Position numbers and translations under genes: made by a program. A stretch of DNA of 64,000 bases, taken from assembly GCF_009914755.1 (NCBI RefSeq), contig NC_060926.1; one strand, 5' to 3'. The DNA comes from the human T2T-CHM13v2.0 reference genome, Homo sapiens. Positions 36,061 to 50,084 of this stretch are shown one piece after another. Position 1 is the first letter of the stretch. Each line of letters starts with the position of its first letter. Under the pieces are notes generated by a model that saw only the letters and a program-made list of their open reading frames with translations, had not been told where the DNA came from and did no database searches.

Positions 36061-37944
36061 CAATGCAAATTCATGTACCTTGATTTTAACCTATTTTAAA
36101 TGCTCTTTTTTTGAAGGTGAGTTTAAATAATTATTTAAAAAGCAGATTTCCTTTGTTTTATGCAATGTGTTATGGACAATAAAAATTGAGAGTAATTTAT
36201 TTAACTCATGTTATGAGCCAGGCATGACTCCAGAGAGCCTGAGGAGACTTCCAGCTTAGCTAACATTTAGCTGTGGGCTTCTCATAGGGTACCTATTGCC
36301 TTGACTGCATGAAGGAGGACACTATGACACAAATCTCCCTCTGACAGGTGAATGGGAGTCACCCCAGCCCTCAAGGAACTCATGGTCTAGTCTGGTGTGA
36401 GTGAGACATAAAACCAAAACAAGTTACCAGAGATTTGGGAGAAATTTTGGTGTCAAACTCCTACAAAAACTATTTTGATTTTTTTCTGAGCATTTTTTTT
36501 CCTGTAATTTTGAACATCGTGAATTATTAAATTGACTTTAAAAATTCCTCTCAGTGATTGCTTGAGCATGGTTCGTGATGCCATGTCAGCAAATATATTA
36601 GATCATTACACCAAGGTTTCTATTTTTATTTTTGTGACTTATTTTCCATCACTCCCCCTTTCTTTTTGCCGCTTCAATTTTTTACGGATTTGAGATTTTT
36701 TTTATATTTAATGTATTTTCATAAGCTGACAATTATTTTGTGGAGAAGAGGTGTGATCAATGAATAGATACTAGTATGACTATAATGATTACAGTGTAAT
36801 ATATTAACAGTAAACTAAATGTTCATAAATGATAATGGATGACAAATAGATGAAGAAGATGGATGTAATGAATTTTCTGGTGACTCTAAAGACGACTTGA
36901 CAAAGGTTTAACTACAATTTGGACCTGGAATTGTAACTAAGAATTTAGTGGGCTGACTGGGGGCTGAGGATGTCTCTGATTTAAGGGCAAAGTCACAGTG
37001 CAGAACAACACAGAAAACTTCCTTTAATCTGTAATGAAAATATTTTTCTTTTTCTTACCTACCTAATATATTTACTCCAAGACCAATTATTAGAATGTAA
37101 ACAAAGCATGTTGAGCACTTTTATAAACTTTATGTAGCATTATTAGCACATCTTTTTTTTTTTTTTCCCAAAAATGTGCTCGTTTGCAGGCAAACAATTT
37201 GTAGTTGGAAACACAAAATCTGACCTTTTATTTCTGTAAAATACAACTACAAACTTTTAGGGATGCATTTTTATTAAAAAAAAAAGTAAGTGACAACAGT
37301 CAGTATCTGATTTACTTTGAATCTAATTTTGAAAAATATTAATATTTAAATAAAAAAAAGATTTGCCAGTCTCTAAAACCTGGAATACATGTAATTTGAC
37401 TCTCTTCAAATTGTTAACATTCAAAGTAACTGAATTATTGACATCAACAGTTGAATGGTGACTTCTCTATTTCTACAAATTATTTGATTACACGCCCTTA
37501 AGACAGCAAAATCAATTTGTCCTCTGACACTGTTCTGACGGATACTGTCTGATTGGTCTCACCTTGTCAATGGACAGCGCCTTTCTCTAAGAACAGACTT
37601 AATAGGAACTTCTTTGAATTCACTGAATTTCTTTCCAGCAAAAACACATATTCTTTCAAACCTTTATGGGGGAGTTAAATATTTTTTGTTTTGTTTCTTT
37701 GTAAGTTTTTTTTTCTTCCTTTGTTTTTGTTTTGGAGCATTCAAATTGTATTCTCCTTTGAAAGAAATTGCCCTACTTAAATATCAATTATTGATGTAAG
37801 CAGGTAGATAAGGCCAGTGCTGCAGTCATCTGTGTATCTAAAGTAGTCCATTTGATAGAAGGAGAAACTGTTTAGCATGTGATGGTGAGAACAAGGGCCT
37901 TATGTTCAGACAATTTGTATTCTGGCTGCCCCTCTTGAAAATAG

Positions 37945-38254
37945 CCCCAGGTGCAGTGGCTCACACCTGTAATCCCAGCACTTTGGGAGGCTGAGGTGGG
38001 TGAATCACCTGAGGTCAGTTTGAGACCAGCCTAGTCAACATGGTGAAACCCTTTCTGTACTAAAAATACAAAAAAAATTAGCCAGACATGATGGCACATG
38101 CTTGTAACAGGAGGCTGAGGCAGAGGGAATCTCTTGAACCTGGGAGGCAGAGTTTGCAGTGAGCTGAGATCACACCACTGCACTCCAGGATGGGCAACAG
38201 AGGGAGACTCTTGTCTCAAAAAAAAAAAAGGAAAAGAAAAAGGAAAAAGAAAAC
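37945..38254 (+). mobile_element. AluS inserted in a MIR (~37870-38330)
   Basis: Full dimer with A-rich tail; TSD-like gaaaatag / gaaaacaa. Confidence 0.93.
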
Positions 38255-39720
38255 AACGTCACGTTCGGAAAATCACTTGCTCTACATTAGCATTGGTTTC
38301 CTTATTTATTTAATAAAGATTCTACATGTAGGCTGCCTGGCTAACAGGCACATTATTAGCAATTCTTTTTAAAATTATTATTAAATTGTCATGTTGAATC
38401 TGGTGCCTTAAAGGGTCAAAGATATCAAGCTGAGTTATACAAGTCAATATGAAAATAAAATTAGTAGTTATTTCGTTGAGCTTTCCTTTCCCCCATGGAG
38501 AAAACTAAACCCCAGAAATAGCTGTAGTTAGTCAGAAGGCTCTCATCAAACTGGGGCCAAAGCGAAGGCTCGAAAATCAATATGCTTACCCAAGCCAAAG
38601 CAACGTTGCACGGATTTTGTTGTGTTTCAATGTATCTTTTCTTTTCAGATTGTGTGATATGAAAAGAATGACCAAATGTACAAGTAGATATGTAAGTGGC
38701 ATTTTGTAAGTGACAATGAAGCACTACCAGAACTCTGAGAGTTAATGTGCCAATGGATTCATCCACGACATGGTGAATGAGACCCTAGAGCTACAAAAGC
38801 TCTCTTAGAGATACACATTATCGCAATCCCAAAGCAAAGGTAGGAACACAAAACCTTATGTATATCGTAAATCAGTTTTGAGACAACTATACAGATAATA
38901 TATCTAAAAAAGAGAGATCTTTCAGCACATAACATAAAAAGCAGTAGTGTTAGGCATGCTGGACTGTTAATGGAACAGCTCTTACTTTTGTTATTTGTTT
39001 TATATGGTTGTTGATTTTGATTCTAGGCATAGATGCATCAGGTTATTTTACTGGTATGTCACTAGCTATTCATCTCTTCCATTTGACACTTCTTGATTCA
39101 TTTCAGGGATCATCCAATAACCATTTGATCATCGTTAGGCATCCTGTACAGCTTTTCTACATTGTGAGGCCTGTTTCAAATGGCAATTGTTTTCTCGATG
39201 AGAAGTAATAATGATCACCTGGATAAATAAATTATTAACCTGTTTTACTAGGAATCGATCTCCTTAAATTTATTTACTGAGAGAAGTAGGTGACTAGATA
39301 TGTTGGAATAGCTGAGTGTGTCAGAGAACAAGGGCATTAGACCAGGCCAGAGAACACCAAGACCCTACTGTGAGGATTCTAAGACAGCCTAGGAGGGCCT
39401 GAGAATGAAGTCTGAGATTCCTCCTCTGACCAGCAAGGACAAGAGGTGGACTGGGTCACTGAAAAATGTGCCTCTTGTCTATGATTTAAACTTGTGGAGC
39501 AGATGGGGATTTAGGAAAACAACATTCTGGGCAAATTCAAGGTCAGAATCAGGGAAATGAGTAAAAAAATTACCTCTAAAAATAAGACCAAGTGAAGAGG
39601 AGTAGCCTTTGTATAAAGATAAAAGTTGTTTAAATCAAATTGTGCAGAGAAAATTTCTAGTTTAATATATGAAAAAGAAAAGTATACACAGTGGTTAAGA
39701 AAATAGGCAGAAAAATAACT

Positions 39721-39780
39721 GTGAGTTCAAAATCCAGCCCTTCAACTTTTGTGAGTTCAAAATCCAGCTCTTCAACTTTT
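39721..39780. repeat. 30-bp tandem duplication (1 mismatch) in a MIR remnant
   Basis: gtgagttcaaaatccagc(c/t)cttcaactttt x2. Confidence 0.95.
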
Positions 39781-42529
39781 CTGCATACTGAACACTTACC
39801 CATGGAACTCTGTTATTATAGATATATACGTATATCTATAATAATATATATTATATATATATTTCCCCATTTTTAAATAGTTCTGACTCATAGTAAATAC
39901 TTAATAAATGCAAAATGCAGAAAGAGATGTGTCCATGGTTCTCTCAGCTGCTGAGTTATACATGCTCAAAACTTTTAAAGAGGTCAAAGTAGAACAGATG
40001 GCAGCCTGGAAATAACTGAAAATAACAGGCCACAAACAAATGAAGGTATAGAACTGGGCCAGTACATAATTGGACCAGATTGGAATGATTATAATATGAC
40101 CCAAGAAGCCAGCTTCAGGCCTCAAGGCTTAGAGGGAACAACCAACTATGAGTGAAGATGAAATGAACAACATGTATATTTCTTCATGTTCACACAGTAA
40201 TTCTTTATCAGTTATATCTGTTAAGTGTCATATATTAAAATTTCCATTTCATGGACAAGGAGTCTAAGCAAGAGAAAATAGAATAACTTGCCCAATATTA
40301 AGAAAATTATTTAAGAAACATAAAAAATTAGCTCTGTTGTGGTAGAGAAATAATACAGAAATAATATTCATTCATTCCACAAAGAATAAGAAAAGCATCT
40401 TAGTAAACAAGGCAAATTAACTCCCTTCCCTTATAGATAATATTTCTCTGCTGTGATGGCACAGAATATAAACACACAGTCATTTGAAAAAGTAGTGCCA
40501 CTTATTTGCTAGATGACATTTATTGGGCAGAGTGAGGTTGGGACAGGAGATAGTTCTGTGATCATTCCTGTTCGTTAAGCATGAATTTAAATGCATACTT
40601 TGCTAAGTTTTTTAAAATTCTGTTGTATAAAAGGAATATTTGTTTTTTCTATTATAGGACTAGGGAAAAGCTTAAGAACCATTTAAGGGCCTTCCATTCA
40701 GAGAGAATCATCAGTTAAAAATTCTTAACATGTTATTTCAAGCTGCCTAGAGTTGAATGTCTACAAAATATGATGTTTGGGGATACCACGTAGCTTTGGC
40801 AGTAGAGAGTTATGGCAGAAATACATTGTACTGGTTTTCTGAGATAGGTAGCTGCTTGTGAATATGCTGAAGATCTTGGAGAACAAAAATGGCAAACTTG
40901 GGTGTTTATAGTTTCAGTCCAAGACATATATAGAAAATAGACATTTTCTATGACAGCTCTGTTATATCGACATAGGATTTCATGAAACCAAATTCTAAGT
41001 TGTACTCATCAAGTGTCTGAATTACAATGTTAATTGAATTTATAGCCTCTTTAGGTCTCTTATGTTCAGATCAGAAATAAATGTGACTCTAATAATTGGT
41101 ATTGAGATCTTAAATCCCAAAATCCCAGTGGTGAAGGAAGAAATCTTTTCTCCCCATAGGAGGAGATTTGCTTCCCCAAGACCAAAAAGCTTAATAATAA
41201 ATCTCCCAGAGGCAGCTGCCTTGCACAGGCAAGTTGAATCTCCTTAACACTCACTGTATCCCTCTCACTTTTCAAAACCTATGTTGAGATCCAAATCTGA
41301 GTAGATACCGAAGAGTATAAACACAAAGTCTGAGAAGCGTTGCCATACATACAAAAATATTGCAAAATTTACCAACTCACATATGTAGAAAACTGGGAAA
41401 TATGTATTAGAATGGACTCCAAAGGCATTTGATGAAGGCGAGAAGAATGTAAGGTTGGATTAGCATCACAGTAACCAGAGTGTTGGGATTCAAAGTTTAT
41501 GGAAGCAGCTTGAATGAAACCCAGATTGAATGGCAACATTGCTTCCATTGTTTCAATCACACTATCCCACTTCTGCCACTGGATTGCTTTAGCCGTATTC
41601 TGCTGTTTTTGCGTGTTTTGTTGAGTCTCGGAAATTCTTGTTCTAGTCTCAGTATTACTGAAGCAAATTTCCTGTTGGAGATACTTTGACAACATCCGTA
41701 TTCTATTGGAGGTCTGAGAATTGTTCGTTGTTTCTCAGCAGGCTTCTCATGTTGAAATCATTATAAGAATATGCAGGTGTTACTCATGATTTGTGGAATG
41801 CGTTTAAGAAATTTTCTTTTAAATTATTCTATTTTTTCTCTAGTTCTGTTTTCTGTGTGTTTTAACTATATAGGGTAATAGTGGATTTATTCTGCTGGCT
41901 TTAACTACATGATATTTTAAATAAGAACAGAGGCTTAGTGAGATTAAATAGTTTGACTAAATGCACACAGCAGCTGAGAATTAAAAACTTGTCTGTCTGG
42001 ATCCATAATATTTTTTATTAGAAAGAAAATAACCCAGTCTTTCGCCAAGGGAAAAAATCTTATATACCAGCATGTGACAAGACTAGGGTTCTTACTAAAC
42101 TTTTTGGCATGAACATTGGCAATGGGAAATGTCCTAACCTCACAGATAATGCCGTCTAGCTCAGCATCTCTAAACTTGCATTCATGGTGGGACTTAAATT
42201 TCAAGCTTAATAAGATTAAGAAGAAAATATTTAGAATTAAAGTAATGCTGGTAACACAGTGACATCAAATTTAAAATTTCTTACTTTGAACTCTAGCTTA
42301 TCTACTTATTTATTTTATAGTACTCTTCTCTGCTTCCTACTATATCTTTTCCTCCAAACAGGATTGCACAGTGTAGCAACCAAATATAAATATCATAAAT
42401 TTTATATGCAAATCCACCTTTATCTGTGACTATTATCCACACTACATGAAGCAGCATGGATTTGAAGAAAAATGATGCAAATGGGGAAAACACCTTACTG
42501 CTTTTTTGCTTTGCTTACCTCAGGCTCAA

Positions 42530-42755
42530 CATCTTTAAACTCCTGTTTTAATGTCTGTAAAATGAGAATAACATTCTGCAGTGTTGTGGAAGATTAAACA
42601 TGCTTGGTATAAAGTATTCACACAACATTAATATTAACACTGTACTGCGTATACAATCTTGGGCACCTTGACCTTTTGGAATCTGTTTCCTCACCTTCTA
42701 AACATAAACAGTCCCATTTACGCGTAGAGTGTTGTCGTGACAAATGCAACATAAC
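42530..42755 (+). mobile_element. Two adjacent MIR core fragments
   Basis: tctgtaaaatgagaataa...gttgtggaagattaaa; tctgtttcctcaccttctaaa. Confidence 0.55.
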
Positions 42756-43334
42756 CAGCACTCTCATGAACTAAGTGTAAAATTGACACAAACGCCCATG
42801 ACTGTCTCTATCCAACCCACATATCTTTTATAAGGAAGTGAAAAAGGAGAGCAAAATATTAATTTAACCCAGAGGGGATTATTTTCATTAAGTGTTGTCT
42901 CCAAATGATGAGGTTTACATGTCATTCCTGAAACAGGTGTAGTTAGAGGTCTTGCTGAAGACAAAAACAAAACATACAGTAGATGCAGTGGATGAGAGAG
43001 TAATTCACAAGCCATGCCTCCTTGATGTAAAAAGCTCTACAATATGTCTGTTGGGGGATATAGAAAGAGTAGGTACTTTCTTTGCCCTTTATAAAGTAGT
43101 TAGGAGGCAAAGTAAAGTGGACATTTTTATAACATTTAGGACAGGCATTATGGCAAATTATATCAGAAGCCTTCAAGAATGTATTACCTTTAACCCAAGA
43201 AAATTTTGTCAATCACTAAGAAAATAATCAAGGTTTTATGCACAGATTCACTTCAATGTAACTAAATAAAATTATTATAAAATTTAAAATATAAATGTTA
43301 TAACTTAGAGTGTAACATAAATATCCGTACATTT

Positions 43335-44056
43335 AAACTGAGATAAATAAATACTTGAATAAACATATACATAGGGGAGGATAAACAAATTTCCCATGTA
43401 GAATCATTCCAAATAATTTTTTACCTCAGAAACTATCTTGGGAGCAATGATCAAAGTTAGCATCGTCAGTGACAAGTCATGGTAATAGTATAGACCCTTG
43501 ATATGATGTGATGGAATGACACTTTACCTCTGTGGTCTTCCTCCCAAAAGCCCATTACTCAAGTCTAATAATAAGAAAATTATCAGACTCATTTCAATTC
43601 AGGGACATTTTACAAAATATCTGACTAGTGCTGCTCAACATTGTCAAGTTCATCAAAAACATGGAAAGTCTGAGAAACGGTCACAATTATTAGTCCTTTT
43701 AATCAGAGGACTGTTAGGCTCTAATTAATTAGAGTCTGTTTAGGCTCCGAATAAGAGCCTAAATACTAAATACTATATAAAACATTACATACTAAATGTA
43801 ATGTAGCATTCTAGATGAGGTCATAGAACAATAAAAAGACATGAAGTAAGGTTTAAGGAAGTTAAAATAAAAAATGGATGTTGGTTAATAGTAATAATAA
43901 TTCAATATTGGTTAACTAAATGTGACATATGTACCTTAATAGTATCAGAAGTTACTAATAGGAGAAACTGCATATATGGAAATTCTGTACTATCTTCACA
44001 AGAATTCTGTGAATCTAAAACTGTCCTATAATAATAAAGGTTATTAAAAAATAAAA
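43335..44056 (+). mobile_element. L1MC3/L1MD-like 3' UTR
   Basis: acccttgatatgatgtgat...cactttacctctgtggtcttcctcccaaa; ggaaagtctgagaaac; ctgtactatctt...tctaaaactgt. Confidence 0.85.
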
Positions 44057-44176
44057 GCTAGAAAAATTGAATTATAAATAATATAGTCTGTTCGCTAGTA
44101 GAAAAAATATTTGTCTTCCAAATGTTTAAGAGTGATAAATCTGTACTATAGGATTATGAATAATTTTAAATTTTCA

Positions 44177-44290
44177 CATATATATAGATACACTATATAT
44201 ATATATATATATACACTCTCTATATATATATACACTCTCTCTCTCAATATATATATATACATACTCTCTCTCTCATATATATATATACAC
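44177..44290. repeat. Compound (TA)n-CAC-(TC)n microsatellite
   Basis: Direct observation. Confidence 0.9.
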
Positions 44291-44734
44291 AAATGCAGGA
44301 ATATAATTTTAGTTAAAATCTATACTATAGGATTATGAATAGTTGTAAATTTTTCATATATATAAACATACAAATAGGATTTTGTTAGTCAAGAAACTTA
44401 ATAACTTTACTAATTTTGACCCATCAAGTCAGTTTACAGGAATTTATTCTAAGGAAAAATAAAATATAAGTATAAAGTACATGCTCATATACGATTTCTA
44501 CCACCTTAACAATTAGAAATAATATAATCTCAAAAAAATTTGATTTTTAAGGTAATACATTGAGAAAAGACAGTCATTAAAATATTTTTTTCAAAAAAAC
44601 CCAGAAATTATGGTAGAGAAGAATGCTTTCAACAATTTTAAGATACAAAGAGCCTTCAAGTATATACACTAAATGCTTACAATGAAAAATGTTCGCATAT
44701 TCATATTAAGCACATAGAAGAAAAGTAAGGTTTT

Positions 44735-45185
44735 GCCCACCTATCAGCTTGTCAACCCTTCCTGGTTTGCTTATACCTCAGTGTACTGGGGGAGGGAGTC
44801 TGTCATTACAGATTAATTTTAAAGGCTTCCAAATGGGTTTGGCCAATGGGATGTACTGGTGGGAAATTGGAAGGTGGGAAGGGAGGTAAGGCCAAAGTTA
44901 TTTCTTCCCTTCCTTTTCTGTCTTGCACAGCATCTCAAGTTGCCAGTAAATCTCCTCTTCAAATTCTGGTTATGCCAGGGTTCTGGGCTCCAATAAAATC
45001 TCCCCCTTCCCTATATCCCTCCAATCTAAGGGTAATACTGTCTTCTGCTATTGTTAATCTCTTGTTAGCTTAAGATCTGCTGTTTCAAACTCTTTCAACT
45101 TCTGTGTAATTCATCCAGTGCATTGAATTCCTCCTTTTTAAATACTCAGAGTTAATTCTGTTTGATTGTGCCCCTGCTTATATAG
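44735..45185 (+). mobile_element. Old ERVL LTR (LTR33/LTR41 class)
   Basis: ttggccaatggga.gtactggtggga.attggaaggtggga; gcattgaattcctcc...aaatactcagagt. Confidence 0.55.
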
Positions 45186-45548
45186 AAACAAAATTACACT
45201 TGTTAATTTGGGGTGATCTGTTTACTGATATAAGTTCAAAAATGGCGTCATTAAAGACACTATTATATTTAACAATCCATTGTTTCTCAATAAGATTTTG
45301 GAGTATTTCTTCCATCAGAACTGCATGTTGTTCTCATCTCTGTGTATATATGGTTATTGTAGATGGTTGTCTTCTCATTAGCTGTTATAACTAGCTATTA
45401 TATATACATATGTGTGTGTGTGTTCAGAATTCTCAGAGTAGACTTATTTTTCTTCCTCTGGATAGACTATTGAGACAGGTCCACATCTCATCTGTCTATG
45501 TCTGAGATACAGAAATTTTTTTAAAGCATTTTCCTTATTGTTGTATAT

Positions 45549-45552
<4 letters not shown>

Positions 45553-45594
<42 letters not shown>

Positions 45595-45630
45595 AATATG
45601 TGTATTATATATATATTTATATATATAATA
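45553..45630. repeat. (TA)n microsatellite
   Basis: About 19 TA units plus a degenerate tail. Confidence 0.95.
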
Positions 45631-46410
45631 GAAACCGATTTCTTTTGATTATGTATGTCAAACAACTTACTCTTTTGCAATAAAGTTTTATTTTATACTC
45701 TAGGATTCTGAAAAATTTCTGTCCTGCCACCCACCTGCCAATTTTCAACATAAATTATAGTTTAAGAATATAGGTTTGGAGTCAAAGATGCATAAATATG
45801 AGTGTCAGTTTGGGCACCTTATTTATGAAGCACTTGGTAGACAAAAAGTTACCCTCTTCATGTTTGACTTCTACCTATATAACTTGATAATTTCTATTAG
45901 TAGATATCCTAATATTGATCATTTTTAACCTCAGAAAGATTGAAATAGATGTATTAATTTCTTCTAGTTAAAATGCATATTTGTTCTTTTTTATTTATAA
46001 TAGCTTTTCTCTGTAAGCTTATATTCTGTAAAATTCATTCACACATGTTTAAGATGGTAAAAAGCCTGTAAGTTATTTGATGCCTGCAAAACTGCTCTCA
46101 TAGATGTTTCATGAGGTCTCTGTGTCCCTTGCATCAGTACATTTTTCTGCATGGACATCAGGACATGATTTCTTTGTATCAATTGTAACTACTCAATATT
46201 AAACATTCATTCCTCAAGTATTTAATAAATACTTAATCAGTGTCAAAGATTGTCTTACACATTGGGAATACATCAATAAGAAAAATACCTTAAAAATTTC
46301 TATACCTCAGGCACAGACAGAGGAGATATGCACAGGTCTCAATATCTATAAAGAGGAAGAAAAAAATGTCCACCCTGAGAATTCTTAAACACGTACTCAA
46401 GTTGAGTTTT

Positions 46411-46710
<300 letters not shown>

Positions 46711-46959
46711 TCAAGTTGAGTTTTATGATTGAATTCACATTACCCATATGCTCTTACTCTCATGCATAAAAATGGAAAATTAAGTTTAGAAAAAGTCTCA
46801 AACTAGTTGTATCAAAGTAATCAAGTGCATTTTTTATCTAAAGGCAAACATTGAATACTGGGTCTAAAAATAAAGTTCTATTAAATATAAGCTCATAATT
46901 TCATAATTTTAAAAAATGCTAGGTAGGCTCTCAAGGTAGAATTTCCTCAATCCCATGAA

Positions 46960-47530
46960 TGATAGTAAACAAACAAACTGCAAGATAAATCTCAAAAGCC
47001 TGTACTTATCAGAGTTCTCAGACATAAAATATTAATATTTCAAAATATGTTTAAAATTACATAAGCAATAAAAGGATGATGATAGAGCAGAGAATTATCA
47101 GAAGAGTTCAGGTATATTTTAAAAGTTAAAAAGAATTTCTAGAAATTAAAAATTTAATATTTGACATAATACAGTCATTGGATTCATTAAATGAGCAAAT
47201 TAAACATATATGAAAAATAGATTAGAGCAGAAAAAGTATTTTAGAATGTAGCAGAAAGAAGCAATAAACAGAAATTATGAAAAACATCAAACAAATGGAC
47301 AATTAAGTAAGAGTCTTCAGGATATAATTAAGTAGAATCCAGAGAGAAAGCAAATACAGAGGCAATAAATAGAAATTGACTATATTCCAGAATTGATAAT
47401 AATAAGCAACCCTGAAATTCACAGTTTAGTCAACTTTAACAAGATAAATAGAAAGAAATTCATAAATAAGAAGTTTACTCTCAGGCTATAGAACATAAGA
47501 AAATAAACCTTGGAGGAATAGCAACTAAAA
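46960..47530 (+). mobile_element. Old L1M ORF1-region fragment
   Basis: A-rich degraded ORF1-like sequence (gaatttctagaaattaaaaat; tattccagaattgata). Confidence 0.5.
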
Positions 47531-47549
47531 TTCTATCAGTATAGACATT

Positions 47550-48980
47550 GAAAATGCATGAATTTTAGAGCTATTTTAAAATGTGAAGTGCACCTGACTA
47601 TATGATGATTTGAACATGGAGTGTTAGAAAGACTGAGGTACCAATGGTGGCAGTTAGGTTTGTAACTTGCTTCACCTACTGGATGTGGAAGCTACGCTAT
47701 GACATGAGAAACAATGGGAAGGAATCCAATCTGGCATGCAAAGCAGGAGAAGAAAGCAAATAAATAGGGGTCGAGAAATGTTGTCTTTGAGGTACTTATG
47801 TTTATTCAAATTGAGAAATCAAGCAGTCAGGTAGCTAGACAGGTAAGGGATAATCAAAGGAAGCTCTTAAGTGTGGATTTATATTTGAGAGTAATCAGCA
47901 TCAAGGTGGTGATTAAAATGTTGGGAAAGCATAAAATTGTCTGGAAACAGATTATAGAGAAGGAAAGTTGAAGGTCTGGGGAAAAATGTTAAGGGACTCT
48001 AAAATCTAATGGCTAAATGTTGGAGAAGCCTATAAAGATAATCATAAAATGGGAACCAACAGAGATGGATAAAACAGTGACATTTTCATTCTGGTTAAGC
48101 CTGGAGTGCATGGTGTAATTGAAACCAGGTGTGTTTAGAGAAAGACGAAATAGAAAAATCAATATGTGGAATAAAAAAGATGTCCTTTGGATTTAGCAAG
48201 CTGGAGGTATTTCAAGAATTTATCAAAATGTGTTTCAGTTGGGTGGATCAGGGAAATAGCCACACTGGAAAGAGATGAGGGGTTAGAGGGAAATGAATGA
48301 ATGTGGACAATAAATTGGAAAATTATTTCAAAAAAATTACTTGTCAAAGGGAGATTTATGAAGGGTATTGGTTCACAGAAAAGTTTGTTTCAAATGTCCA
48401 TATATATGTATGTTTATGGGGTTGGAAAAAAGAAGAGTAATAAATATCCTGATAATCCTAATAATGGGAAAGGGTTGGAGTCCAGGGCACAAGGGGAGGG
48501 ATTTTTACTACACCAATCAGTAATATGTTCTGTATCACAGTAATCCTCAAAATAGTTTTCAGACCAGCAACAACAGCATCACTTTGGAATGCCTTAAAAG
48601 TCAAAGTAGGGACCAAAAATCAATAATTTAACAAACTCTCCAGGTAATTCTGATACATGCTAAAGTTTGAGACTTACTGATCTATTGCAACAAAACAGAA
48701 AAATGAAAGGATGAGTGTGACGTAACCAAGGTTTATGTGTTTGCTGAATGGAAGTAAAGAGATTTCCCATCTGACAGCTTACATGTTCTTAGTTAAGAAG
48801 GAAATATCAGTAATATTGAAAGAGGAAATGAGTTGGTCACATTTCAAGGAGGAAAAAAAATGTTTCATTCAGAGAATGAGTTGACTCAACTATTATAGTT
48901 TCCTGGGAAACTGAGGTCCTGTTTGAGGTTTGCAATCATTAAATAATAGTGATACACTGTTGTGTGTGTGAACTTTTCCA
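47550..48980 (-). mobile_element. L2 (degraded), interrupted by MER5A
   Basis: atttgagagtaatcagcat; tgtcctttggatttagcaa; gtttcagttgggtgg. Confidence 0.6.
48538..48679. mobile_element. MER5A-like hAT-Charlie element
   Basis: cagtaatcctcaaa...cagaccagca...tttaacaaactctccaggtaattctgatacatgctaaagtttgagacttactg. Confidence 0.8.
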
Positions 48981-49168
48981 GTACTGTTAAGAAGTTAATT
49001 TGAAAATGGGAAAATAGACACTATTATCTGTTACTGTAAAATTCAAATGTCAATGATAAGAAGGTATGTCCAAGAGCAATAGTGGAATGATAGACTCTAA
49101 AATTTAAGTTGAATAAGAAAATAATTAAAAGTAAATAGTGCTGGAAATTGAGCAAATGTACATTTCTT

Positions 49169-49883
49169 TTTTTATTATAATTTCTGGGGTACACGTGCAC
49201 AAGGTGCAGCTTCGTTACATAGGTATACATGTGCCGTGTTGGTTTGCTGCACCCATCAACTCATCATTTACATCAGGTATTTCTCCTAATGCTATCCCTC
49301 CCCCAGCGCCCACCCTCTGACAGGCCCCTGTGTGTGATGCTCAACTCCCTGTTTCCATGTGTTCTCATTGTTCAACTCCCACTTATGAGTGAGAACATGC
49401 AGTGTTTGGTTTTCCCTTCTTGTGTTACTTTGCTAAGAACGATGGTTTCCAGTTTTATCCATGTCCCTGCAAGGGACATGAACTCATCCTTTTTTATGGC
49501 TGCATAGTATTCCATGGTGTATATGTGGCACATTTTCTTTATCCAGTCTATCATTGATGGGCATCTGGGTTTGGTTCCAAGACTTTGCTATTGTGAACAG
49601 TGCTGCAATAAACATATGTGTGCACGTGCCTTTATAGTAGAATGATTTATAATCCTTTGGTTATATACCCAGTAATGGGATTGCTGGGCCAAATGGTATT
49701 TCTAGTTCTAGATCCTTGAGGAATTGCCACACTGTCTTCCACAATGGTTGAACTAATTTACACTCCCAATAGTGTAAAAGTGTTCCTATTTCTCCACATC
49801 CTCTCCAGCATCTGCTGTTTCCTGACTTTTTAATGATCGCCATTCTAACTGGTGTGAGATGGTATCTCATTGTGATTTTGATT
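49169..49883 (-). mobile_element. L1PA6/7-like 3' end
   Basis: Typical L1PA 3'UTR and ORF2 end; long TSD attgagcaaatgtaca(t/c)ttctt (49147-49168 / 49881-49902). Confidence 0.92.
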
Positions 49884-50084
49884 GAGCAAATGTACACTTC
49901 TTAATATGAGGAGTTGATTAAGTAAAATTTAAGGAGAACTGGTTGAATTAGACAGCTGATTAAGTGAATTGGTGATCTTATAGTTGGAGTTTTTTCAGAT
50001 TTTTAGAATGTAACCTGCGAGTGGGTGCTAACTTGAAGTAAAGAAATCCACTGAAGATGGCCAGGAAATTGGAAGAATTATTTG

